Notes: a model not told the origin generated them from the letters alone. A stretch of DNA of 64,000 nucleotides from an uncultured Faecalicoccus sp. (GCF_944325745.1 NZ_CALVBG010000001.1:1751-65750); one strand, 5' to 3'. Shown: positions 39,778 through 50,350, numbered from the stretch's first letter. Made by a program: numbers and translations.

Positions 39778-40806
39778 TTAAGCAGCTTTTGCTTTTTTGA
39801 TTTCTTCAACTAATAATGGCAGTACTTCGTTTACATCTCCCACAAATCCCATGTTGGCAATTGTGAAGATCTCTGCCTGAGGATCACGGTTGATCGCAAT
39901 GATCATATCGGATTTTTCCATACCGGCAACGTGCTGAACAGCACCAGAAATACCGCAGGCAATATAAAGAGATGGACGTACGGTTTTACCAGTTTGTCCT
40001 ACCTGTAAACTCTTGTCCATATAGCCATCTTCAACAACGGCACGAGTTGCACAAACAACGCCGTCTAATTCTTTAGCACAAGCTTGTAAAACATCCAGAC
40101 ATCCTTCGGCACCACGACCAGCTCCTACAAGGATATTTGCTTTTGTGATGTCTACTCCTTCGATGATTTTTTCAACAACTTTTTCGATTGTTACCTGTGG
40201 TTCTGTGCTTTCCCACTTAGGAGCAAATGTTACCACTTCTCCTGTACGAGCGGCATCAGCTGGAGCCATATCAAATACTTTTGGACGAATCGTGGCCATC
40301 TGAGGACGAGTGTCTGGGCAAACGATCGTACCAAACAAGTTACCGCCAAATGTAGGACGAGTAACTAATAACAATGCTTCTCCGTCTTTCGCTTTTTCTG
40401 TATCGATCTCGATCTTAGTGGCATCGGCTGTTAACCCGGCATTGATACGTGCAGCAACACGTGGTGCCAAGTCACGACCTAATACAGTCGCTCCTGTCAA
40501 GAAAGAATCTGGTTTGAATTCTTTGATGATCTGAGTCAATGCATCCGCATAGAACTGTGTTGAGTAATCTTTTAATAATTCATCATCAACAACGATGACT
40601 TTATCTGCACCGTGAGTAATCACTTCCTGTGCTTTATCTGTAATGTTAGAACCTAACAGAACACCGACTACCTGATATCCCATTTCAGGAATGCTGGCAA
40701 CAAGTTTTCTTGCTTCAGAGATCAATTCATAACCCACTTCTGCAATGGTTCCGTTTTTTTGTTCTACAAATACATAAATGTCTTTGTATCCTTCAAATTT
40801 TGCCAT
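39778..40806 (-). CDS. etfA: Electron transfer flavoprotein alpha subunit
   Basis: RPTFGGN, QVGQTGKTV, GISGAVQH. Confidence 0.94.
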   Translation of the reverse strand: MAKFEGYKDIYVFVEQKNGTIAEVGYELISEARKLVASIPEMGYQVVGVLLGSNITDKAQEVITHGADKVIVVDDELLKDYSTQFYADALTQIIKEFKPDSFLTGATVLGRDLAPRVAARINAGLTADATKIEIDTEKAKDGEALLLVTRPTFGGNLFGTIVCPDTRPQMATIRPKVFDMAPADAARTGEVVTFAPKWESTEPQVTIEKVVEKIIEGVDITKANILVGAGRGAEGCLDVLQACAKELDGVVCATRAVVEDGYMDKSLQVGQTGKTVRPSLYIACGISGAVQHVAGMEKSDMIIAINRDPQAEIFTIANMGFVGDVNEVLPLLVEEIKKAKAA

Positions 40807-40819
40807 GTTGTTCTCCTTC

Positions 40820-41611
40820 CTACTTTGTGATCAATTGCTTTTCTTTCAAAGTATGAGCAATTAATTCAGCAGCTTCTTGTGCAGGCATATCATAAGTCTT
40901 TGTTTCTGCACTAACATCTTTTGTAAATGTTGCATGAACTTTTGTAGGAGAACCTGCAAGACCTACTACAGAAAGGTCAAGATCCAAATCATCAAAAGTC
41001 ATGATGTGTACTGGTTTATCAAAAGAATCCACAATATCATTACAGTTCATGTAACGAGGATTGTTCATGCCTGACAAAGTAGTCAATACACAAGGCATCG
41101 TTGATGTTAAGATCTGTTCTTCTTCTTCCAAAGATTTTTTAACAGTGATCTTTTCTGGAGTTACGTCAATGATCTCATCAACATAAGTGATCTGTGGAAG
41201 ACCAAGGCGTTCAGCTGTTTGAGGTCCAACCTGAGCAGTATCTCCATCGATAGCCTGACGTCCGGCAATGATCAAATCAAAACCGATCTTCTTTAAAGCG
41301 GCAGCCAGTGTACGACTTGTAGCACATGTATCCGCACCACCTAAACGACGGTCAGTGATCAAATAAGCATCGTCTGCCCCACGAGCGATTGTTTCCTGCA
41401 ACATACCTTTTGCTTGAGGAGGGCCCATCGATACAACCGAGATCTTGATATCTGGATTTGCATCTTTTAATTGTAAAGCGGCTTCTAACCCAGCTAAATC
41501 ATCAGGGTTGATGATACTAGGAACGCCATCACGTACCAATGTACCAGTGTTCTTATCAACAGTGATCTCAGTAGAATCTGGTACTTGTTTTACTAGAACG
41601 ACAATTTTCAT
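40820..41611 (-). CDS. etfB: Electron transfer flavoprotein beta subunit
   Basis: KQVPD, INPDD, SMGPPQA, GRQAIDGDTAQVGP; start MKIVVLV. Confidence 0.94.
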   Translation of the reverse strand: MKIVVLVKQVPDSTEITVDKNTGTLVRDGVPSIINPDDLAGLEAALQLKDANPDIKISVVSMGPPQAKGMLQETIARGADDAYLITDRRLGGADTCATSRTLAAALKKIGFDLIIAGRQAIDGDTAQVGPQTAERLGLPQITYVDEIIDVTPEKITVKKSLEEEEQILTSTMPCVLTTLSGMNNPRYMNCNDIVDSFDKPVHIMTFDDLDLDLSVVGLAGSPTKVHATFTKDVSAETKTYDMPAQEAAELIAHTLKEKQLITK

Positions 41612-41627
41612 ATTCAACGATTCCTTT

Positions 41628-42767
41628 CTATCGTAATACCGCACCGGAAATTACCATACGTTGTACTTCTGAAGTACCTTCGTAGATCTCAGTGATCTTG
41701 GCATCACGGAACATTCTTTCAACAGGCAGATCACGAGTATATCCGTAACCACCCATCAGCTGGATAGCTTTTGTAGTGACTTCCATTGCAACTTCCGCTG
41801 CAAATAATTTTGCTTCGGCAGCCAATACTGTATATGGTTCCCCATTTTCTTTAGCCATGGCAGCACGATAAACTAACATACGAGCAGCATCTGTCTTACA
41901 TTGCATGTCAGCCAGCTGGAATTGCGTATTCTGGAATTTAGAGATTGGACGTCCGAACTGTTTACGAGCTTTAACGTAAGGAACTACTTCATCAATCGCT
42001 CCCTGTGCAATACCTAAAGCCTGTGCAGCGATACCGATACGACCGCCATCCAATGTCTGCATGGCAATCTTGAATCCCTGTCCTTCTTTTCCTAATAAAT
42101 TTTCAACTGGGATCTCAACATTATTAAAGATCAACTCACTGGTAGCTGAACCACGGATTCCCAATTTCTTTTCATGAAGACCAAAAGTAAATCCAGGCAT
42201 TCCTTTTTCAACGATGAATGCAGAGATACCATGTGTACCTTTTGATTTGTCAGTCATCGCGAAGATGATATAAACATCAGCTTCTCCTGCATTTGTGATA
42301 AAGATCTTAGTTCCGTTCAAAACGTAATGATCTCCCTTTAATACAGCAGTTGTCTGTTGACCGGCTGCATCAGTACCTGCGTTAGGTTCTGTTAAACCGA
42401 AAGCAGCTAATTTCTTACCAGTGCAAAGATCTGGAAGATATTTTTGTTTCTGTGCATCGGTTCCAAACTGAGCAATTGGCCAAGTTCCTAAAGATGTGTG
42501 TGCACTCAGCACAACACCTGTTGTTGCACAAGTTTTAGAAAGCTCTTCTACCGCTAAGATATAGCTTAAGTAGTCAGCTCCGGCACCGCCATATTCACGA
42601 GAATAAGGGATACCCAGCATTTTCGCTTGACGCATAACTTCTACGTTTTCTTTTGGGAAACGTTCGCTTTCGTCAACATCAGCTGCGTTTTCTTTTACTT
42701 CGTTTTGCGCAACTTCTCTGAACAACTTCTGCATCATTTTCTGTTGTTCTGTCAAATTGAAATCCAT
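41628..42767 (-). CDS. bcd: Butyryl-CoA dehydrogenase
   Basis: FGLTEPNAGTDA, GRIGIAAQALG, ITEIYEGTSEVQR; clustered with etfBA-hbd-crt. Confidence 0.93.
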   Translation of the reverse strand: MDFNLTEQQKMMQKLFREVAQNEVKENAADVDESERFPKENVEVMRQAKMLGIPYSREYGGAGADYLSYILAVEELSKTCATTGVVLSAHTSLGTWPIAQFGTDAQKQKYLPDLCTGKKLAAFGLTEPNAGTDAAGQQTTAVLKGDHYVLNGTKIFITNAGEADVYIIFAMTDKSKGTHGISAFIVEKGMPGFTFGLHEKKLGIRGSATSELIFNNVEIPVENLLGKEGQGFKIAMQTLDGGRIGIAAQALGIAQGAIDEVVPYVKARKQFGRPISKFQNTQFQLADMQCKTDAARMLVYRAAMAKENGEPYTVLAAEAKLFAAEVAMEVTTKAIQLMGGYGYTRDLPVERMFRDAKITEIYEGTSEVQRMVISGAVLR

Positions 42768-42890
42768 AGATGAAGTTCTCCTTTCTTTTCCTGAACCATT
42801 CGATTTCTGGATATCGTGAGCATGAAAACGTTATAAAAAAATTCTCATACACTGTTATTTTACTGACATTGATATCTTCCGTCAATAAGT

Positions 42891-42908
42891 TTGTGCAAAA
42901 ATTAACAA
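42891..42908. promoter_or_regulatory. Putative Rex operator
   Basis: TTGTGCAAAAATTAACAA fits TTGT(G/T)AA-N4-TT(C/A)ACAA with one mismatch; between divergent bcd and thiolase. Confidence 0.7.
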
Positions 42909-43054
42909 GTTATTTTTTATAAAAATTTCACTAGTATTTTGTTCAAATTTTATGTAAACAAATGCTCAAATTGAACAAATTTTCCTGTGTTGACAAATGT
43001 ATATTTTATGACTTATTCTATCCCTATAAACTCATTGAGTAGAAAGGTGAAATT

Positions 43055-44260
43055 ATGAGAAAAGCTTATATTGTTGCCGCAAAACGAAGTGCCATCGGAA
43101 CTTTTATGGGTTCCTTGACTGATGTGGATGTGGCAGATTTTGGTGCTACGGTCTTAAAAGAAACAATAGCGCAGGCAAAAATCGATCCCAAAGATCTGGA
43201 TGAAGTCTTGATTGGAAACGTGATTGCCGCTGGATTGGGTCAGAATATTGCCCGTCATGTTGCCTTCAACGCAGGTATTCCCGTTGAAGTTTGCGCTCAG
43301 TCCATCAATATGCTTTGCGGATCCGGATTGAAAGCAGTCATGGAAGCTTGTCTGAGAATCCAGGCTAATTTTGGGGACTTGTATGTTGCCGGCGGTGTCG
43401 AATCAATGACGCGTGCCCCATTCTTAACCCCATATACCATTCGTAAAGGGATTAAGAACGGAAATATGACCATGGTCGATTCCATGTTATATGATGGATT
43501 GACCGATGCAATGTACGGCATTCATATGGGTGTTACAGCCGATAACATCGCAAAAAAATACAATATTTCCAGAGAAGCGCAAGATGAATTTGCATTGGCT
43601 TCTCAACAGAAAGCTTTAGCCGCCATTGAATCAGGTCGATTCAAAGATGAAATCGTGCCTATCAACTACAAAACACGAAAAGGTGAAATGATCTTTGATA
43701 CGGATGAACATCCACGCCAAACAAGCATGGAAAAACTCGCAAAACTTCGTCCTGCCTTCTCTCAAGACGGTACTGTTACAGCTGGAAATGCATCTGGAAT
43801 CAACGACGGAGCCAGCTTTACGATCGTCGCCAGCGAAGATGCCGTTAAGAAATACAATTTGAAACCAATTGCCGAAGTTATCGGATTTGGACAAGGCGGT
43901 GTAGACCCTCGTGTGATGGGCCTTGGACCAACGCCTGCAATCTTGAACGCATTAAAATACGCAAACAAAAAAATCGAGGACATGGAACTGATTGAGTTAA
44001 ATGAAGCCTTTGCAGCTCAATCCTTAGGTGTGATCCACGAATTAGAAGAAGCAACTGGGATGGATCGCGAAGCATTCCTTAAGAAGACAAATGTCAATGG
44101 AGGTGCCATTGCGCTGGGACACCCGGTAGGTGCATCTGGAAACCGAATCTTGGTTACTCTATTGTATGAAATGAAAAAACGCAATCTAAAAACAGGTCTT
44201 GCTTCCCTTTGCATTGGCGGAGGACAAGGTGCTGCCGTTATCGTTAATATGTGCGAATAA
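43055..44260 (+). CDS. thl: Acetyl-CoA acetyltransferase (thiolase), paralog 1
   Basis: [38 protein letters not shown]. Confidence 0.93.
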   Translation: MRKAYIVAAKRSAIGTFMGSLTDVDVADFGATVLKETIAQAKIDPKDLDEVLIGNVIAAGLGQNIARHVAFNAGIPVEVCAQSINMLCGSGLKAVMEACLRIQANFGDLYVAGGVESMTRAPFLTPYTIRKGIKNGNMTMVDSMLYDGLTDAMYGIHMGVTADNIAKKYNISREAQDEFALASQQKALAAIESGRFKDEIVPINYKTRKGEMIFDTDEHPRQTSMEKLAKLRPAFSQDGTVTAGNASGINDGASFTIVASEDAVKKYNLKPIAEVIGFGQGGVDPRVMGLGPTPAILNALKYANKKIEDMELIELNEAFAAQSLGVIHELEEATGMDREAFLKKTNVNGGAIALGHPVGASGNRILVTLLYEMKKRNLKTGLASLCIGGGQGAAVIVNMCE

Positions 44261-44264
44261 CAAC

Positions 44265-44301
44265 AAAATAAGCCATTTCAAATCTAAGAAATGGCTTTTT
44301 A
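44265..44301. terminator. Bidirectional terminator
   Basis: AAGCCATTTC...GAAATGGCTT with A/T tracts between convergent genes. Confidence 0.65.
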
Positions 44302-45375
44302 TATTGTCTTTGCGATATGCAACAGCGTTTGGAATGATTCATCCAGAAAATCCCGTAACCCACAATATTTTTGATCAAAATAAATCATATGGCATCGCCG
44401 ACAGTTTTGATGGCAATACTCAATATAAGAACAGGTCAAACAAGCCTTGCTTGAATAAGATTCGCGGTGAAGAAAAGACTGTGCTTTGGGAGAGTTTTGA
44501 ATTGATTCAATGGAATCGTCTTTGATGTTTCCGCAACGCCATTGGTCAAAGGCATAAAAATCACAAGGATAGACACTTCCGTCCGATTCGATAATATTTT
44601 GAAAAGTGCACTGCCCCATCATGCCGCATTGAAACGGTGTCCTTCCCTGCAGCAATAAGATCCAATTATCAAAAAATGAAATGCTGAAGTAATTTCCTTT
44701 TTGAAACTCTTTGAACCAGAGACGAAACAATACTTTGTAAAATTGAGCAAATTGTTTTGGTTTTAACGAATAAGGACTCGTTTCAGTCCCTAAAGGCGGT
44801 AAACAAGGAATCAGCTGAACATAACGAAAATCTAATTCTTTGATCCACCGAAAATACTGAACAGGATGTTTGGATAAAGTTGAGGTCAATACCGTTAAGA
44901 TATTGAAACGAATTTGATGTTTTTTTAACATCCCAATATTCTTGAGGATCGTTGTGTAGCTCTTCTTTTGTCCGATAGGACGGAAATAATCATGATATTC
45001 CTGCGGACCATCCAGAGATAATCCGACCAAAACATCATGCCGCTTAAAGAAGTCACACCAACGATCATCGATCACAAGTCCGTTTGTTTGAAAAGAATAA
45101 TGAATTCTCGCCTTCGGATTTCGATTTTGTACTTCTTTTACAAACTGTTCATAAAAGGATAAACCCGCTAGCGTCGGTTCTCCTCCCTGAAAAGCGAAAG
45201 TTACATCATCATAAGGTAAACTTTGATCGATCAAAGCTCGCATCGTTTCTAATGACAGAATGTTTGAAGGAATCGCTTGTTCTTGATAAGAATGAACATC
45301 TTTATAAAAACAATATTTACAATCCATATTACATGCCGCAGAAACAGGCTTGATCAAAAACTGTATTGATTTCAT
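44299..45375 (-). CDS. Anaerobic sulfatase-maturating enzyme (radical SAM/SPASM)
   Basis: IKPVSAACNMDCKYCFY, FQGGEPTL, QTNG, SLDGP, SPASM Cys motifs incl. DGSVYPCDFY and C..C.....C...C. Confidence 0.9.
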   Translation of the reverse strand: MKSIQFLIKPVSAACNMDCKYCFYKDVHSYQEQAIPSNILSLETMRALIDQSLPYDDVTFAFQGGEPTLAGLSFYEQFVKEVQNRNPKARIHYSFQTNGLVIDDRWCDFFKRHDVLVGLSLDGPQEYHDYFRPIGQKKSYTTILKNIGMLKKHQIRFNILTVLTSTLSKHPVQYFRWIKELDFRYVQLIPCLPPLGTETSPYSLKPKQFAQFYKVLFRLWFKEFQKGNYFSISFFDNWILLLQGRTPFQCGMMGQCTFQNIIESDGSVYPCDFYAFDQWRCGNIKDDSIESIQNSPKAQSFLHRESYSSKACLTCSYIEYCHQNCRRCHMIYFDQKYCGLRDFLDESFQTLLHIAKTI

Positions 45376-45387
45376 GAATCTATTATA

Positions 45388-45414
45388 AAAAAAAAGAGTG
45401 CAATTTGCACTCTT
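45388..45414 (-). terminator. Terminator after GH112 gene
   Basis: AAGAGTGCAA-TTGCACTCTT followed by T run on minus strand. Confidence 0.7.
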
Positions 45415-45420
45415 ATCCGA

Positions 45421-47568
45421 TTAATCCATATCAAACCATTGAATTCCGCAAGCTGGAACGTCAACTTCAAATGAACTTCCATCACCTTTATAGATCATAG
45501 ATTTCTGTGGTTCATAAGTATTGTTGACAACGCAGAAGCTGTTTGTCGATGGATATACATTGACATCTAAATTATAGTTATCACTATACCATTTCTTCAA
45601 ATCATCTTCTTTGTGAGCTGCGTAATAAATCGCACGATACAATAAGCGTGTGTTCTCAAAACTGAATGGAAGACCATTGATGTATACAGAACGGCCTTTT
45701 CCATACTCGTTGCACGCAAGGTTTACATGAAGATCTTTATCACGGATGACTGTCGTTTCAGGCAGTGCATAAACATTGTTGATGCATTCGCCCCAGTCTT
45801 CATGTTCTAACTGTTCCACGATAAAGTGATCGTGACTATCCCAATTGTACTTATCAGTATGGAGGGTGAAGCCTAATTCTTCATCGACTCCTAAGACATC
45901 GTACAGGGTGAAATACTTTCCATTCTTCGCGCAGGCAGTTGGCTCTCCAACACCGATGAATCCCCCGCCTTGATCGACATATCGGCGTAAAGTGGAAATG
46001 ATCGTTTCATCAAACTCTTCTCCTCCGCTGAAACTTGTGTATGCCGAACCTACATTGATCAAAACATCGACATCGTTCAATGTATCAGGATCTTTTCGGA
46101 TATCATCGAAACTAATAAAGCGAACATGGAATGGGAATCCGCTCAGCGCTTCCATAACCCCGGTATAGGAATAGATCTGTTTGTACCAGATCGCATGATG
46201 CACTAAATGCGTTCCCCATCGTCTTAATTCACCCCAACTATTTAATACACCCACCGTCATATGAGTATATGGTTCTTGTTGGTTGATATGTGAATATAAT
46301 TCACGGAATTCGTCACATACTTTTTCAATATAATCAATGAACTCTGGGAATTTTAAAGCCAGTTTTAAATAACCTCCATATCCGATACGGTCCACCGGAC
46401 TTCTTAAAATAGCACGTCGGGCAGTGACCCAGTTGATTTTCGCTTCTTGTAACGGATCTCCTCCGTCATAGAAAGTATCCGGGAAGAAGTATGGAAGGAA
46501 TCGTCCTTCCGTATATTTGACCCCTTCAATATCAGAAATTAAACGCAAGGTAGTACCAGAGCCCACGGAACCAACAACCGCATCAAGCCCGATCGAACTG
46601 AAATACTTACCATATGGTTCTGTTCCGATCCAGTGATCACCCAAGAACATCATTGCTTCTTTGCCATATTCATGACAAATATCAACAAATTTCTTGGCAA
46701 GTTTACAAACTTCACGCTGCTGGAAATCCATGAAGTCCAAGTATTCCTTTGTCGGTACACAGAATGTCGAGTTATTGAAACCTTTGTTGATGATATACTC
46801 CGGTCGGAAAGGATACCCTACTTCCTCTTCAAATTGTTTCAAGATATAAGGAGAAACGGAGGCGCTATATCCAAACCAGTCGACGTATTTTTCACGAGCT
46901 TTTTCATCAAATTGTAAAGTAAATTGATGGAAGAAAGTCGTGAAGCGAACAACGTTGACATCCGTTCTTTCCTGACAGAAACGACGGAATTTGTCCAATA
47001 CATATTTTTGTGTTTTAGGCTGACGCACATCGTAAGTCATCTGATGTTCTTCGCCTTCCCATTCATTGGTCAAGCTATTGTACATGTGAACCGGATCCCA
47101 GATCACAAACGCCAAGAAACTTACTGTATATGCATGGTACGGAATCGTATTATGAATCGTCACTTCACGAGTTTCTTCATCATAATCCCAATCCGATATC
47201 ACAGTATCTGTCGTTCGATCAATCACTTCCCACCAGCGGTGAATATCGTCGATCGTATTCGGTTTTAACTGATCTGCATAGAAATGTTTCATAATACAGA
47301 TCTTCAATTCAGTCGATTTAGCCGTGATAAAATCACTCATCAAATACATTTGTTGGATTTCATCCGGATTTGCTTTGGCCCATTCGTTGTCTTTACGAGT
47401 GGTGTAATAGGTTGCGTATTGTTTGATGTCCATATTACGCAATTCTTCCGGCATGTCCGTGCCGTCACAATCGCGAATTGCATCCGCTTTCCAACGATTG
47501 ATCACATCGATCGTCTCATCGATCACATCCACATCCGTCGGTACGGTTACTCTTCCTTTATTGATCAT
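45421..47568 (-). CDS. gnpA: 1,3-beta-galactosyl-N-acetylhexosamine phosphorylase (GH112, GNB/LNB phosphorylase)
   Basis: GRVTVP, ADAIRDCDGT, WDPVHMYN, VRFTTFFH, FLGDHWIGTEP, EGRFLPYFFPD, RIGYGGY. Confidence 0.93.
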   Translation of the reverse strand: MINKGRVTVPTDVDVIDETIDVINRWKADAIRDCDGTDMPEELRNMDIKQYATYYTTRKDNEWAKANPDEIQQMYLMSDFITAKSTELKICIMKHFYADQLKPNTIDDIHRWWEVIDRTTDTVISDWDYDEETREVTIHNTIPYHAYTVSFLAFVIWDPVHMYNSLTNEWEGEEHQMTYDVRQPKTQKYVLDKFRRFCQERTDVNVVRFTTFFHQFTLQFDEKAREKYVDWFGYSASVSPYILKQFEEEVGYPFRPEYIINKGFNNSTFCVPTKEYLDFMDFQQREVCKLAKKFVDICHEYGKEAMMFLGDHWIGTEPYGKYFSSIGLDAVVGSVGSGTTLRLISDIEGVKYTEGRFLPYFFPDTFYDGGDPLQEAKINWVTARRAILRSPVDRIGYGGYLKLALKFPEFIDYIEKVCDEFRELYSHINQQEPYTHMTVGVLNSWGELRRWGTHLVHHAIWYKQIYSYTGVMEALSGFPFHVRFISFDDIRKDPDTLNDVDVLINVGSAYTSFSGGEEFDETIISTLRRYVDQGGGFIGVGEPTACAKNGKYFTLYDVLGVDEELGFTLHTDKYNWDSHDHFIVEQLEHEDWGECINNVYALPETTVIRDKDLHVNLACNEYGKGRSVYINGLPFSFENTRLLYRAIYYAAHKEDDLKKWYSDNYNLDVNVYPSTNSFCVVNNTYEPQKSMIYKGDGSSFEVDVPACGIQWFDMD

Positions 47569-49049
47569 TTAAATGTCCCCTTTACTGTTTCAATCAGTTT
47601 CAAAAAAGCTTCGTTTCCTATTTCGTCTAAGGAGAATATTCCACAATGACGAAGTCCTTCCACAAACACAGTTGCGATTTCTTGCTGCAAGTTTATCATA
47701 ACTGTATCTTCCTTCCAATCGTATTTTGATTGGATCGTATCTAGCCATTTCTTGTGAGATTCAATAGACTCTGTGTATTTGTCATACAACAAATAGTCTC
47801 GCATATCATTCATTTCTTGTTTCAATCGAGCCGGTAGAACGGCAAGTCCCATGACCTCGATCAAACCAATATTCTCTTTTTTGATATGATGAACCTCTTC
47901 ATGAGGATGAAAAATACCCAACGGATGTTCTTCATCTGTACGATTGTTTCGAAAAACAAGATCCAATTCATATTGACCATTACGACACCGGGCAATACTT
48001 GTGATCGTATTGTGCGGCTGGTTTTGCGTATGCGCTAAGACGCCGATTGACGGATCACTATAATCTCTCCAAACTTGCAGAATATGAGCTGCCAGATCAA
48101 TCAGTTCGTCTGTTGATGAAGAGGATAATCGCAATACACTCAAAGGCCAATATAAACGCGATGCCTTAACACCATTCTCAAAATCAAACGTTTGGTAAGT
48201 TTTAGCATCTGCCATAGCAAAATTATAATTTCCTCCCTGAAAATGATCATGCGACAAGATTGATCCCCCTACGATAGGAAGATCTGCATTCGACCCAATA
48301 AAGTAATGAGGAAATTGTTTCACAAAATCAAATAAACGGATGAAAGTCTCACGACAAGTTTTCATCGGTGTATGAGATTTTGATAGAACGATACAATGTT
48401 CGTTGTAGTACACATAAGGTGAATATTGTAGATACCACGTGTCGTTGTCTAATGTTACAGGAATCACACGGTGATTGCTGCGGCCGTCACAGTTTGCATT
48501 TCCATGATATCCTTCACATTCTTTACAAAGTACACATTGTGGATAACTTGTTGAAACGACTGACTTAGCCTTCGCGATATCACGAGGATCTTTTTCCGGC
48601 TTGGAAAGATTGATCGTGATATCCATCGTACCATATTCGGTTTTAGCCTTATAAGAAATATTTTTATCAATACGGTCTTTTCGAATGTAATTATCGGCAA
48701 CACTCATATGATAGAAATAGGAAGTTGCCTTTTGAGGGTCCTGTTTGCATTTATCATAAAATGTCTCAATCAAATCAGAAGGTCGTTTGACAAAACAATT
48801 CATGATTTCACTGTCAAAAGCATCCCGATTCCGCAAAGTATCTTCAATGATTCCTTTTTTAACCGCATAGTCACATAAAGGAGAAAGAAGATCGCTGACA
48901 TAATGATATGAGATCCGATCATTAGTTGGCTCCCAGCTCTCTTCTTTCAACAAGGACAAAACTCGATTTCTTGCATAGATACGATCATAAGACGTGATCA
49001 ATTCCTGATCAATGGCATAGTCAAGCAATGTCTCTAGAACAGCTCTCAT
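47565..49049 (-). CDS. galT: UDP-glucose--hexose-1-phosphate uridylyltransferase (class II)
   Basis: TINLSKPEKDP, YSPYVYYNEH, NADLPIVGGSILSHDHFQGG, HIKKENIGLIEVMG. Confidence 0.93.
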   Translation of the reverse strand: MRAVLETLLDYAIDQELITSYDRIYARNRVLSLLKEESWEPTNDRISYHYVSDLLSPLCDYAVKKGIIEDTLRNRDAFDSEIMNCFVKRPSDLIETFYDKCKQDPQKATSYFYHMSVADNYIRKDRIDKNISYKAKTEYGTMDITINLSKPEKDPRDIAKAKSVVSTSYPQCVLCKECEGYHGNANCDGRSNHRVIPVTLDNDTWYLQYSPYVYYNEHCIVLSKSHTPMKTCRETFIRLFDFVKQFPHYFIGSNADLPIVGGSILSHDHFQGGNYNFAMADAKTYQTFDFENGVKASRLYWPLSVLRLSSSSTDELIDLAAHILQVWRDYSDPSIGVLAHTQNQPHNTITSIARCRNGQYELDLVFRNNRTDEEHPLGIFHPHEEVHHIKKENIGLIEVMGLAVLPARLKQEMNDMRDYLLYDKYTESIESHKKWLDTIQSKYDWKEDTVMINLQQEIATVFVEGLRHCGIFSLDEIGNEAFLKLIETVKGTFK

Positions 49050-49059
49050 ACAGCTATCC

Positions 49060-50151
49060 TTAAATAATTCGATTTTCAGTTTCAGGATCGAAGAAGTGGA
49101 TCTTGCTGAGATCCATGGTTAATTCAATATCTTCATGCCCTTTAACTTCTTGACGAGAAGGAATCTTAGCATTCAGCGGCTCTCCATTATAAGTGCCATG
49201 AAGGATATACTCATGCCCTACAAGTTCTGCAACATCGATATGATAAGTAAAAAGTCCGGAAGGATACGTTTCCGCAACGATTCCTTCAGAATGCATATCT
49301 TCTGGACGAATACCTAAGACAACTTTCTTTCCGTTATAAGCTTCCATTTTTTCATGGAACATTTTTGGAACATCGATCACATGATCACCTGAAGTAAATT
49401 GATGATCCTGGTAAGTTCCGTGAATAAAGTTCGTAGCTGGAGCTCCTAAGAATCCCGCAACAAACATATTTGCCGGATTGTTATAGATTTCTTTTGGAGT
49501 ACCGATCTGCTGAATGTATCCAGCTTTCATAACGACGATACGATCCGCCATCGTCATAGCTTCTGTCTGGTCATGGGTTACATAAATAGAAGTCGCACCG
49601 ATTCTTTCATGTAATTTGATGATCTCACTGCGCATCTGCACACGAAGTTTCGCATCCAAGTTTGACAACGGTTCATCCATCAAGAATACTTTTGCGTTAC
49701 GAACGATAGCACGGCCTAAGGCAACACGCTGACGCTGTCCCCCGGATAACGCTTTTGGTTTACGATCCAAATAAGGTTCAATTTCCAAAATACGAGCGGC
49801 TTCCTTAACACGTTTATCTATTTCTTCTTTTGGTGTCTTTCGAAGCTGAAGGCCAAATGCCATATTGTCGTATACACTCATATGTGGATACAATGCATAA
49901 GATTGGAATACCATGGCGATATCACGATCTTTTGGCTCGATATCGTTCATCAATTTTCCGTCAATATAAAATTCACCGGCTGTAATATCTTCCAAACCGG
50001 CAATCATACGAAGAGTCGTCGATTTACCGCATCCAGAAGGTCCAACGAAAACAATAAATTCTTTATCTTTGATCTCAAGGTTAAAATCAAAAACAGCCTG
50101 AACATTATTGTCATATACTTTATCAATATGTCTTAAAGACAATTCTGCCAT
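49060..50151 (-). CDS. Sugar ABC transporter ATPase (MsmK/MsmX-like)
   Basis: [32 protein letters not shown]. Confidence 0.93.
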   Translation of the reverse strand: MAELSLRHIDKVYDNNVQAVFDFNLEIKDKEFIVFVGPSGCGKSTTLRMIAGLEDITAGEFYIDGKLMNDIEPKDRDIAMVFQSYALYPHMSVYDNMAFGLQLRKTPKEEIDKRVKEAARILEIEPYLDRKPKALSGGQRQRVALGRAIVRNAKVFLMDEPLSNLDAKLRVQMRSEIIKLHERIGATSIYVTHDQTEAMTMADRIVVMKAGYIQQIGTPKEIYNNPANMFVAGFLGAPATNFIHGTYQDHQFTSGDHVIDVPKMFHEKMEAYNGKKVVLGIRPEDMHSEGIVAETYPSGLFTYHIDVAELVGHEYILHGTYNGEPLNAKIPSRQEVKGHEDIELTMDLSKIHFFDPETENRII

Positions 50152-50163
50152 ATTCTGTTCCTC

Positions 50164-50337
50164 CTATTTATATTTTCTATTGTACAGATAGATCAGAACC
50201 ATAATTCCGATGACACCAACGATTTGGATCATCAAGTAAGGAATTCCTACCGTTTTCTGACCATAGATGACTAAGCCAACACAGATAAAAAACGCAATAA
50301 ATTTTAAGATTGTCTTAAAAATATTACTTTCATACAT
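50164..50337 (-). CDS. Small (57 aa) two-helix membrane protein in ABC operon, absent from ORF track
   Basis: MYESNIFKTILKFIAFFICVGLVIYGQKTVGIPYLMIQIVGVIGIMVLIYLYNRKYK*, GGAGG RBS, exactly fills the gap between permease and ATPase. Confidence 0.8.
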   Translation of the reverse strand: MYESNIFKTILKFIAFFICVGLVIYGQKTVGIPYLMIQIVGVIGIMVLIYLYNRKYK

Positions 50338-50350
50338 AACTGTTCCCTCC

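Noticed and set aside
37061-44214. Many 60-165 aa antisense ORFs over pct, crt, hbd, etf and thiolase
   Set aside because: Shadow frames of strongly codon-biased genes; no RBS or recognisable motifs
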